Shown here piece by piece: positions 56,201 through 64,000 of a DNA stretch of 64,000 nucleotides. Under the pieces are notes generated by a model, which worked only from the letters and a program-made list of their open reading frames with translations, was not told where the DNA came from and did no database searches. The stretch is from Thermoanaerobaculia bacterium (GTDB lineage: Bacteria; Acidobacteriota; Thermoanaerobaculia; Gp7-AA8), in contig DASPNA010000062.1 of the NCBI GenBank assembly GCA_035626775.1, forward strand, positions 3,480 to 67,479, written 5' to 3'. The translations under genes were made by a program, and so were the position numbers. The first letter of the stretch is position 1. Each line of letters starts with the position of its first letter.

Positions 56201-56640
56201 GCAGGAATGCTTTCAGCGCGGATCACGCGGACCTCGTCGAAGCCTTCGTTGAACGTTGGCGGAACGATGCGTTTCGCCGTGACGAAGATCGCGACGTCGG
56301 GAACGCGCGCTTTTCCTTCACGCAGGCGGTTGCGCGCGACCGCGTCCTTCGGTGCGATCTCGAAGTAGCACGCGATCACGCGAGCGCCGTGGCGGCGTCC
56401 CTGCTCGATCAGCGGTGCGCGCACGAGCGGCGTCGGATTGGTGTTGTCCACCACCACCGACCGTCCCGCGGCGAGCGCCTGCTCGATCATCTGCTGTTGC
56501 CGCTCGTCACGATTGCGCGTGCTCTTCATCAGGTCCTTGCTCACATGCACGTGCGTTGCCGCGAAATGGGTCGCGTAGTACGTCGACTTCCCGGCCGCCT
56601 GCATCCCCACCAAGATGATCAGCTCGAGTGGCATCCCCAT
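56197..56640 (-). CDS. P-loop kinase (AAA_33/polynucleotide-kinase/zeta-toxin-like), translationally coupled to ligD
   Basis: Walker A ILVGMQAAGKST. 147 aa. Stop overlaps the ligD start (ATGA). Confidence 0.65.
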   Translation of the reverse strand: MGMPLELIILVGMQAAGKSTYYATHFAATHVHVSKDLMKSTRNRDERQQQMIEQALAAGRSVVVDNTNPTPLVRAPLIEQGRRHGARVIACYFEIAPKDAVARNRLREGKARVPDVAIFVTAKRIVPPTFNEGFDEVRVIRAESIPA

Positions 56641-56728
56641 CGACAGTATCTCGTAACAAAGGACGTGCGCGACCGCATGTTAGGATCGGCCGATCCGCAG
56701 CGAAGCAGTCGACAGTCCCGGGTGATCC

Positions 56729-57556
56729 ATGTTCGAAAGCGTCGCACCAGAAACATTCGTACCACGCAGCCGCAAGATCTTCTACGAGAGCTTGCCTGCC
56801 TCTATCGCCGTGCACGTCGCCGTCGCGGCACTCCTGGTCGTGGCCGGAACGTGGAACGTGACGTTCCCGAATGAATCGCCGCACATGACGACGATGTACA
56901 CGCTGGCACTGCCGCCGTCATTACCACCTCCTCCTCCGGCAGCGGCGGCGGCACCGAAACCGGTCGCCACGCCGAAGCCGGAGCAGCAAGTGGTGGTCAA
57001 GAAAGAGGAAATCGTCGCGCCGACGATCATCCCCGATGAGATCCCCGTCGTCCTGCCCCCGCAGGAAACCAAACCTGTGATCGATCTGGTCCCGGTCGCC
57101 ATCGACGTCAGCGGCATCGTCGGCGGTATCGAAGGCGGCGTTGGCTCCGGCGGAAACGGCAGCGGCGACGGCGCGCCGGGCGGAATGGCCGGCGGTATGC
57201 CGGGCGGCGTCGAAGGCGGCATCCCGCCCGACACGGTGGTCATCAAACGCCATCAGCCGCTGCCGATGTCGATGACGCCCGTCTCGATGGTGTATCCGTT
57301 CTATCCCGAGGAAGCGCGGCAGCGCGGTTGGGAAGACGCGGTGACGGTGCGCTACGTGATCGGCAAGGATGGCCGCGTGAAGACCGTCACGGTGCTCGAA
57401 GCACCGCAACGTCCGGTGTTCGAGAAGACCGTGGTCAAAGCGATCAGCCACTGGCGCTTCCGGCCGCTCGTGAAGAACGGCGTGAAGCATGAAGTGATTC
57501 ACGAGCTGGTCGTGAATTTCCGATTGACGGGAGGCTCATGGCGCTCGGACAGCTGA
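56729..57556 (+). CDS. tonB: TonB-family energy transducer
   Basis: N-terminal TM anchor. Pro-rich PPSLPPPPPAAAAAPKPVATPKPE spacer. C-terminal TonB domain (VTVRYVIGKDGRVKTVTVLEA ... ISHWRFRP). Confidence 0.8.
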   Translation: MFESVAPETFVPRSRKIFYESLPASIAVHVAVAALLVVAGTWNVTFPNESPHMTTMYTLALPPSLPPPPPAAAAAPKPVATPKPEQQVVVKKEEIVAPTIIPDEIPVVLPPQETKPVIDLVPVAIDVSGIVGGIEGGVGSGGNGSGDGAPGGMAGGMPGGVEGGIPPDTVVIKRHQPLPMSMTPVSMVYPFYPEEARQRGWEDAVTVRYVIGKDGRVKTVTVLEAPQRPVFEKTVVKAISHWRFRPLVKNGVKHEVIHELVVNFRLTGGSWRSDS

Positions 57557-57808
57557 AGCAGGAAGCTCTCGCCGTTGCCGACGCCATGAAGGCCGCTGGC
57601 GGCTCGAGCGAAACGATTGCAAACACCGGCGGCGGCTCGCGTCATCGCGGTCTGCCCGAAGATCTGCGTGCGCGTTTCATCGCGGTGCGCGCGGAATTGT
57701 TCGATCGCGGCGTCTATCACCCGGTGCTGGTGCGATTCGATAGCGCGACCGTGCCTCAGGCGCCGACGAGCGAGATCGCGGATGAGCTGGCGACGCTGGC
57801 GGCCGCGC

Positions 57809-58273
57809 TCACGCCAGACGAGCCGTGATTCGCAGGTAGCAGTCCTCGCCGCCGAGGATCTGCACCTGGCCGTTCTGTTCCCACTCCCGGAAGCGCTGTT
57901 GCACGCGTGGGTGCATGAGATGCGCGTCATCGCCGAAGAAGCCGAGGAGCAGCGCGCGCGGGACGTCGGTCGAGCCGGACGCGCGGAAGCGCTCCATGCC
58001 CACGAGCAGCGCGTCGAGCCGATAGTCGATGTCCTGATCGTGAAGCTCCGCCGATGTGTTGGTGACGGCGCCGAGGCCGAGGAATGTCTCGAAAGTCAAG
58101 GCGTGAAAGTCCTTCACTCCACGCGCGAGCATCTCCTCGTCGGTGAGATCGTCGGCGAGCATGAGGCCCGCGATTTCGGTGCCGATGCCGTCGATCTCCC
58201 ATCCGATCCAGCGCTCCTTGCCGAGCAGCTTGATCCGCTGAAGGTAGCGAGCCATCGCGCATTCTTGTAGCAC
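57809..58273 (-). CDS. Hypothetical protein (154 aa)
   Basis: ORF with balanced composition and no recognisable motif. Confidence 0.35.
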   Translation of the reverse strand: MLQECAMARYLQRIKLLGKERWIGWEIDGIGTEIAGLMLADDLTDEEMLARGVKDFHALTFETFLGLGAVTNTSAELHDQDIDYRLDALLVGMERFRASGSTDVPRALLLGFFGDDAHLMHPRVQQRFREWEQNGQVQILGGEDCYLRITARLA

Positions 58274-58303
58274 GATCCTTGCTCTGAGTGGCGGCGTCCG
58301 GGT

Positions 58304-59689
58304 ATGTCCGCCAACGATCCTCTCCGCTTCCCCTATCGCAGCGAACTGCTCCTGCCGGTGATCGGGCTGGAAGCGGAATTCAAGGTGTTCCTCGACGAGA
58401 AGGAAGTGATTCCGGAGCAGCTGTGGCGCACGCCGGCCGCGTTCATCGAGCGGCCGTTGCTCTCGCGCACGTCGAAGTCGTCGCAGTTACCGACTGGCGG
58501 CGCGGTGTACTTTGACGGTGGCGTGCTCGAGGTCGTCACGCCGGTGATCGAGATCGCGCCGCAATGCACGGCGCGCGTCGTGCGCAGTCTTTGGGAGCAA
58601 CTCGGATTCGTCCGCGATCAGCTCGACCGGTGGGAGAAACGCAATGCGCGCCGCGTGCGGCTGCAGGCGTTCAGTTGCCACTTCAACATCTCCTATGAAG
58701 TGCCGCGCGAGGAACGCGGCCGCAATCGGACCATTCAGAAGCTGGCGTTGCTGCTCGCGCATCTCCTCCCTCTCCCCGTCCTCCTCCTCGCCGCGAACCG
58801 CCAATCCTCCGGCCTCGGCGTCCGGCCACGCCGCGATCGCATCGAGATCACGATGGACTTCACACCCGATCCCGGACTGATGGCGGCGGCGACTGCGCTG
58901 ATCGTCGGCATCGTGCGCGATGTCATCGCGTGGCCGTCGTATCGCATCGAGGAGCTGGCCGCGCGCGGCATTCCGATCGTCGCGGGGATCGCCCCGGGCA
59001 GACATGCGACGCGCAAGGGATGGCTGACGCGCGCACGTCATTTGCCGCGCGATCCGTTCGCCACGCCGGTCGACGAGCGCCTGTGGAAGCTGACCGATGG
59101 GCGGATGCTCTCGATGCGCGAAGTCGCGCTCGGAACGGCGATAAAGTTCGCCGACTCGATCCGCAAGTGCTCGGATCCATTCAGCGATCGCGTGCTCTTC
59201 TCGGTGTTGCACGGCGAGACGCCATCGCTGCTCGAGCTCAAGACCCGTCCACGCGCGTATGAAGATGTCGGTCGCGAAGTGCGCTGGGGCACGACGCTGC
59301 CGGAGCTGCACAATTTCGAGAGTGCGATGACGGCCGATGACGGACCGCGGCGTCGCCGCGCGGATCTCGAAACGCTTGCGCCGCCGTGGCGCGGCGAAGG
59401 GAGCGACCGGCGCGAACGCGTCACGCTGCCTGCGCGAATCGAACGGCGCCGCACGACCGAGCGCCGCGCGAGCGCGCCATCCTCGGCGTCGCCGCGCTTG
59501 TCACGATCGCAATATGAGAAGGTGTTCCGCCAGCTGGCCAGCGGCAAGCGGCTGCAAATCGGCCGGGAGTTGCTCACGCCCGTCGGCGTAAAGGGCTGGT
59601 ATCACGCGGTATTTCGCAATGCGCGCGGCGAAGAACGACTGCTCTCGATCGACGACGTACTCGAGCACATGGACCGCTGGCGGGTGTGA
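58304..59689 (+). CDS. Hypothetical protein (461 aa); N-terminus weakly reminiscent of carboxylate-amine ligase (GCS2) family
   Basis: LLLPVIGLEAEFKVF and GGAVYFDGGVLEVVTP. C-terminal third is Arg/Ser-rich low complexity. Confidence 0.45.
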   Translation: MSANDPLRFPYRSELLLPVIGLEAEFKVFLDEKEVIPEQLWRTPAAFIERPLLSRTSKSSQLPTGGAVYFDGGVLEVVTPVIEIAPQCTARVVRSLWEQLGFVRDQLDRWEKRNARRVRLQAFSCHFNISYEVPREERGRNRTIQKLALLLAHLLPLPVLLLAANRQSSGLGVRPRRDRIEITMDFTPDPGLMAAATALIVGIVRDVIAWPSYRIEELAARGIPIVAGIAPGRHATRKGWLTRARHLPRDPFATPVDERLWKLTDGRMLSMREVALGTAIKFADSIRKCSDPFSDRVLFSVLHGETPSLLELKTRPRAYEDVGREVRWGTTLPELHNFESAMTADDGPRRRRADLETLAPPWRGEGSDRRERVTLPARIERRRTTERRASAPSSASPRLSRSQYEKVFRQLASGKRLQIGRELLTPVGVKGWYHAVFRNARGEERLLSIDDVLEHMDRWRV

Positions 59690-59823
59690 CCTGCACACGG
59701 AAGACGACCGGAGGCCGCCCGGTCGTCTTCCGTTGTGGCACGTCATCCGCAAACGCCCCTTGCAGCAGCGCTGGCAGTACAGGAAGCGCGCCGATATTCG
59801 CAAGGCGGTCGGCGCGCTTTTTC

Positions 59824-59876
59824 TTTGGAGTGCGGCAGCAAAAGCTGCCGCTTTCAGCGGCGGCGGCAGCCGCCGC
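59824..59876. repeat. REP-like element family 3
   Basis: tttggagtgcggcagcaaaagctgccgctttcagcggcggcggcagccgccgc. Confidence 0.55.
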
Positions 59877-59956
59877 TCGCGAAAACCTGGAAGAGTCCCG
59901 CCCCGTACATGGTTTAGCCGCAAAACCACGTATTTCCGAGAAAAGGACGCTCTTCC

Positions 59957-61972
59957 ATGCAACGTCTCCTCACCGCCGCAGTGACAACGCTTTTCCTTTG
60001 TCTTCCCGCCTTTGGCGTGGAGACGGTGGCCGGGCTCGATGAGCAGTACTCCGCGCTGAAGGTCGGACCGTCGTCCGCGATGCGTGCGCAGACCTTCGAC
60101 TCGGGTCACATGAAGATCACGCTCAGCGACGGCGCGGCCGCGCCGGTGATGGCCGGATCCGAGGTGATCGGCCTCTACTTCAAGGGCGCGGGCAGCTTCG
60201 AGTACGTTTCGGCGGATCCGGCCGAGGCGGCGGTTGCGGCGACGAACATCCGCAGGGCGACGAAGCTCAAGAGCGAGAAGACCGACAAGGGCCTGGTCAT
60301 CCGCGACAACTTCGACGAAGTGTTTCTGTGGGTCGCCGGACGCGACTTCCCGAAGCCCGCCGGCGGTGGCGGCGCGGCGCTCGAGCAGGCCTTCGCGGCG
60401 CATCGCGAGACCTTCGGACGCGACCGCGACTCCGAAGCGGCGTTTCTCTTCATCCAGCAGAAAATCGACGCGCCGACCACTCCCGTGGTACGGGCGGAAT
60501 TCAAGGGCGGCACGGAGACCATGGTCTATGTCTACGACCCCGTCGTCGCACGTGCCGAAAAGCTCTACAGCTTGCACAAGACCCAGACGACGGTCCGCGA
60601 GTACCAGCAGGCGCTCTGGCCGGTGCTCTTGTCCGAGCAGCTCATCGGACACACGCGCAAGCAGTTCGTCGAGCCGAACTACCTGCTCTTCGATCTGAAC
60701 TACACGCTTGTCGCCTCGGAGAAAAACGACGCGACGCTCGACGTCACCGAAACCATCATCCCGCGCAACCGCGCGCGGCGCGTCTTCCGCTTCTACCAGT
60801 ACGACACGGTCTACGACAACAACAACCGCGCTCGCCGTTACACCGTGCGCTCGGTCAAGGACGAGAGCGGCAAGGACGTGCCGTTCGTCCACCGCCGCAA
60901 CGAGCTGCTGGTTGGGCTGCCGGAGGCGGCGGCGGCGAATACGCCCTTCAAGCTGAAGTTCGACATCGCCGGCGACTTTCTCATTCGTCCCAGCGGCGAC
61001 AGCTACTGGGAGCTCGGCACCGAGCCGTGGTTCCCGCAGCCGGAGCTGAACGGCCAGTACTACACCATCCACTCGACGGTGAAGGTGAAGAAGCCGTACA
61101 TCGCCTTTGCACCGGGCGAGACGGTCCGCCGCGTCGAGGAAGGCGACTACAACGTCGTCGAGAACAAGATCGACAAGCCGGTGCAATTCGCGGTCGTGCT
61201 GGCCGGGCGCTACTTCTACGAGGAAGAGACGCAGAACGGCCTGACGATCCGGGTCGCCTCCTACGCCGGGAAGAATACCCGGGCCATGAAACAGCTCACG
61301 AACCTGGCCTTCAAGATGATCGAGTTCTACGAGCCTTTCCTGGGACCATTCCCTTTCAAGGAATTCAACATCCTCGAGATCAACCAGTTCGGCTATGGGC
61401 AGGCGCCGCCGGCCACGATGTTCATCACCAAGGAAGCGTTCAATCCGATCGGCGCGGAGATGAACCAGATCTTCTCGCAGGGCATCAACCACCGCTTCGC
61501 GCACGAGATCGCGCACCAGTACTGGGGCCACGTGGTGAAGATGGGCTCAGTCGAGGAGCAGTGGGTCACCGAGTCGTTCGCGGAGTACTCGTCGTCGTTC
61601 GTGGTCAAGCAGCTCAAGGGGAAGGCGCAGTACAAGGCGATGGAGAATCGCTGGAAGGCCAACGCGAACGAAGCGAAGGCCGAGTCGTCGATCGCCATGG
61701 CCAACCGTCTGAGCGATCCCGGCAACGACTTCGACGCGTTCATCGATCGCACGCACCTCGTCTACGACAAGGGCGCGTACGTGCTGGCCATGCTGCACAA
61801 GGAGATCGGCGACGACATGTTCCTGTCGTTCCTCCGCAACTATCAGGCGCGTTACGCGTGGAAGTTCGCCACGACGCAGGACATGATCTCGCTGCTCCAG
61901 CAGCTCACGAAGAAGGACTTCACGGAGTTCTTCGAGAAGAACTTCTGGGGCACGGAAATGCCGCAAGGCTAG
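59957..61972 (+). CDS. Secreted M1-family (gluzincin) metallopeptidase-like protein
   Basis: Signal peptide MQRLLTAAVTTLFLCLPAFG. HEIAHQYWGH followed 19 residues later by ESFAEY (HEXXH-X18-E). Confidence 0.8.
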   Translation: MQRLLTAAVTTLFLCLPAFGVETVAGLDEQYSALKVGPSSAMRAQTFDSGHMKITLSDGAAAPVMAGSEVIGLYFKGAGSFEYVSADPAEAAVAATNIRRATKLKSEKTDKGLVIRDNFDEVFLWVAGRDFPKPAGGGGAALEQAFAAHRETFGRDRDSEAAFLFIQQKIDAPTTPVVRAEFKGGTETMVYVYDPVVARAEKLYSLHKTQTTVREYQQALWPVLLSEQLIGHTRKQFVEPNYLLFDLNYTLVASEKNDATLDVTETIIPRNRARRVFRFYQYDTVYDNNNRARRYTVRSVKDESGKDVPFVHRRNELLVGLPEAAAANTPFKLKFDIAGDFLIRPSGDSYWELGTEPWFPQPELNGQYYTIHSTVKVKKPYIAFAPGETVRRVEEGDYNVVENKIDKPVQFAVVLAGRYFYEEETQNGLTIRVASYAGKNTRAMKQLTNLAFKMIEFYEPFLGPFPFKEFNILEINQFGYGQAPPATMFITKEAFNPIGAEMNQIFSQGINHRFAHEIAHQYWGHVVKMGSVEEQWVTESFAEYSSSFVVKQLKGKAQYKAMENRWKANANEAKAESSIAMANRLSDPGNDFDAFIDRTHLVYDKGAYVLAMLHKEIGDDMFLSFLRNYQARYAWKFATTQDMISLLQQLTKKDFTEFFEKNFWGTEMPQG

Positions 61973-61993
61973 CGCGGCTGCGCCGCGCTAGCC
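61969..61993 (+). terminator. Hairpin terminator after M1 peptidase gene
   Basis: ctagcgcggc-tgc-gccgcgctag perfect palindrome overlapping the stop codon. Confidence 0.5.
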
Positions 61994-62304
61994 GTTGGGC
62001 GGTCACCGTCTCGCCTGTCTCGTCTCAGCGAACTTTCGCGACGTTCGCCGTGTCCAATCTCACCGACGCGAATCTCACCAAAGCGAACTTCGCTTCGAAA
62101 CCCCTCCAAATGACGGCAACCCTCGCCGCGGAGAGGCACGGATAGCCACTCGACACCGTATATTACGAAGTCACGCAATTGCCGCTCGGACACCGGCCAG
62201 CATCCCCCTTGGGTTCGTTGCGACGCCAAACGATGTGCGAAGAAAACCCTCCAATTTCTCGTAGAATCTGGATCGAGCGCTATCTGGCGTAGCTAGCTTC
62301 GGCA

Positions 62305-64000
62305 ATGGCCATACACATCCTTAGAGTTGTCGTCGTCTCTCCCGCCGACGTCGGCGCGGAGCGGGACCGCGTCAATGTGGTGGCTGCGGAGATCAACCGG
62401 ACGCTTGGTGACAGGTTCGGAGTCCGCCTCGATGTACTGCGATGGGAAACCGACGTCTATCCGATGTTTCATGTCGAAGGCCCACAGGGACAAATCGATG
62501 ATCTATTGAAGATCGAGGACGCGGATCTCATTATCGGAATCTTCTGGAAACGATTCGGAACTCCCGTGATGGATGCCGATTCAGGAACCGAGCACGAGCT
62601 ACGCAAGGCGTTCGAGGCCTACCGTACCAGGCAGAAACCCGGCGTGATGTTGTACTGCGCAGGGCACCGTACTATCCCGAAACAGAAGCGGAGCTCGAGC
62701 AAGCGGTCAAGGTGACGCGCTTCCGAGACAACCTTTCATCGCAGGCGATCCTCGGGAAGTATGAAGGGCCCCAGGATTTCGAGAACCAACTGCGCGGACA
62801 CCTGACGTCCTGGCTCAATCGACGTTTCCCTGATCGGGTCGAAACCGAGCTCACCTCGGTGGCCATGTTCCAGCCTCCCGTCTTTCACGATCTGATCGTA
62901 CGGCACAGCCATCTCGACCGTCTTCGGGAAGCGCTGCGGACCAAGCCGGTGGTCGCCGCGGAGGGATTATCCGGAACCGGAAAGACCTATCTCGCCTCGG
63001 CCTTCGCTGCCGTTGCGTTGAAGGAGCATCAGTACGCGTACATCTGGTGGCATCCCCCGGAGCCCGAAGAGACACTCGATCGGCTGATGACGTCTTTGGA
63101 AGAGACGGCCGGGCTGGGTCGCGCTTCTTCGGCAGCCCAGTCCCGCATGCTCATGCAACGGCTCGCTGATACCAGCGGATTGCTCATCATCGATGACTTC
63201 GAGCGAGTCGATCAGAACTCATACGCGATGCTGCTTGACGCCGCACGCGGAATTGCTCCGCCCGCACGTCTTCTCCTGCTCAGTAAGACCTTCACGCAAC
63301 CTGATCCGAAGCTCGACGCCGCTCATTTTCTGGTAGGTGGCTTCGACATCGCTGAGCTTCAAACCTACCTCGGCGGTCGCGGCGTGTCCGTTGCCGAGCG
63401 AGCGTTGCAGATGTTGCATGAAAAAACGGACGGCCTGCCGATCGCGGCGTCGATGTTTGCCACGCTGGCCAGTCAGTTCGGCCATGATCCGGAAGAGCTT
63501 CTGCGCGGCTCGATGTCGTGGAAGGACCGTATCCGCTCGTGGTTCGAGAAGATTTCGACGTCGCTGAGCGCCGATTCGCTCAGACTCCTCCGCAGTCTGA
63601 GCGTCAGCGATATTCCGTTCAGTCTTGGGGGCGTGCATGAGGTTGGCCGCAGCTTGCGCCTGGATCGCATCCAGTCTGTGTTCGACGCGCTGCAGATGGC
63701 CTATCTCATCCAACCCTATGCGAGCAACCGATGGCGTTTGCATGCCCTGGTGGCTGCGTTCGCGCGCGAGTCGATGGAGAGGAACGAGATCAAGAACGCG
63801 CATCTGGCCTTTGCTCGTTATTACGAGACTGGTTTCTCGAGACGCTCCGCACCTGTTTTGACGGACTTGGAGTTCAACCACAAAGTCCTTGCAGCTGGTC
63901 ACTACCAGCGGGCCAGCGCCTGGGATCAGTCAGAAAGAATCATAGAAGCGATCGTCAAGCCGGCGAAAGCCCGTGGTGCTTATGAGCTGTTGATCCAGTT
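62305..64000 (+). pseudogene. DUF4062 - STAND P-loop NTPase gene, apparently frameshifted near 62630-62672; runs off window end
   Basis: Frame A 62305..62715 encodes a DUF4062-like domain (RVVVVSPADVGAERDRV ... DADLIIGIFWKRFGTPV ... SGTEHELRKAFEAYRTRQKPGVMLY). Frame A-1 is open from 62502 to the window end. It encodes EAELEQAVKVTRFRDNL..., then Walker A GLSGTGKTYLASAF, Walker B LLIIDDFE and a helical C-terminal region. Confidence 0.6.

Noticed and set aside
57538-57828. 96-aa ORF overlapping the end of tonB and the convergent 57809..58273 gene
   Set aside because: It overlaps both neighbours, has an Ala/Gly-rich composition and no motif. It may be real, but the support is too weak to report as a feature.
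61994-62304. Possible tRNA or integrase-associated att site in the low-GC non-coding stretch upstream of the DUF4062-STAND gene
   Set aside because: I could not fold any part into a cloverleaf with a GTTCRA T-loop and matching acceptor stem. The direct repeats present (AATCTCACC x2) are too short. Kept only as a note in the STAND finding.

Overview
This is a 64 kb segment of a high-GC (about 68%) bacterial chromosome. Taxon is unknown; the domain content resembles Acidobacteria, Gemmatimonadetes or similar soil lineages. Antisense shadow ORFs are abundant, so coding calls are taken from the recognisable-frame ORFs. All calls rest on reading the ORF translations and the raw sequence. No database search was run, so every family name is a motif-level recognition.

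Positions 1-28049 look accessory. After a partial VIT/vWA protein, the region carries three giant secreted multidomain proteins.
- 1853..9562 (2569 aa): PATR-like beta-helix repeats, DUF11 repeats and FN3-like domains.
- 9816..20225 (about 3470 aa): nine tandem 381-bp DUF11 repeats, an IPT domain, Cys-containing Ig-like repeats and about ten FN3-like domains.
- 23628..28049 (1473 aa): a metzincin-like HEXXH protease domain plus Ig-like repeats.

All three end in the same roughly 480-aa C-terminal region. It is built from two tandem copies of a roughly 240-aa domain that I do not recognise, and it terminates in the identical octapeptide DPTYVPAQ. Between them, on the opposite strand, lie a secreted propeller-like/IPT/FN3 protein and a wHTH regulator + small membrane protein pair. 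I consider this cluster the most interesting candidate for an undescribed cell-surface system.

Positions 28050-62000 are housekeeping genes:
- zwf-opcA-pgl, thiolase, molybdopterin oxidoreductase, CPBP protease, TPR/AIM24, lytic transglycosylase and MazG.
- cNMP-binding protein, AraC, class IV aminotransferase, MASE1-GGDEF-EAL, PP2C phosphatase and an AlkP-family protein.
- ABC substrate-binding protein, MgtC, GSII, GAF-GGDEF, MBL, SDR, LigD with an overlapping P-loop kinase, TonB and an M1 peptidase.

These are punctuated by at least four families of REP-like palindromic elements. One family has hairpin arms made of tandem 10-bp units, and some elements have been absorbed into ORF ends. The window ends with a DUF4062-STAND NTPase gene that is frameshifted, sits behind a lower-GC flank and runs off the window edge.
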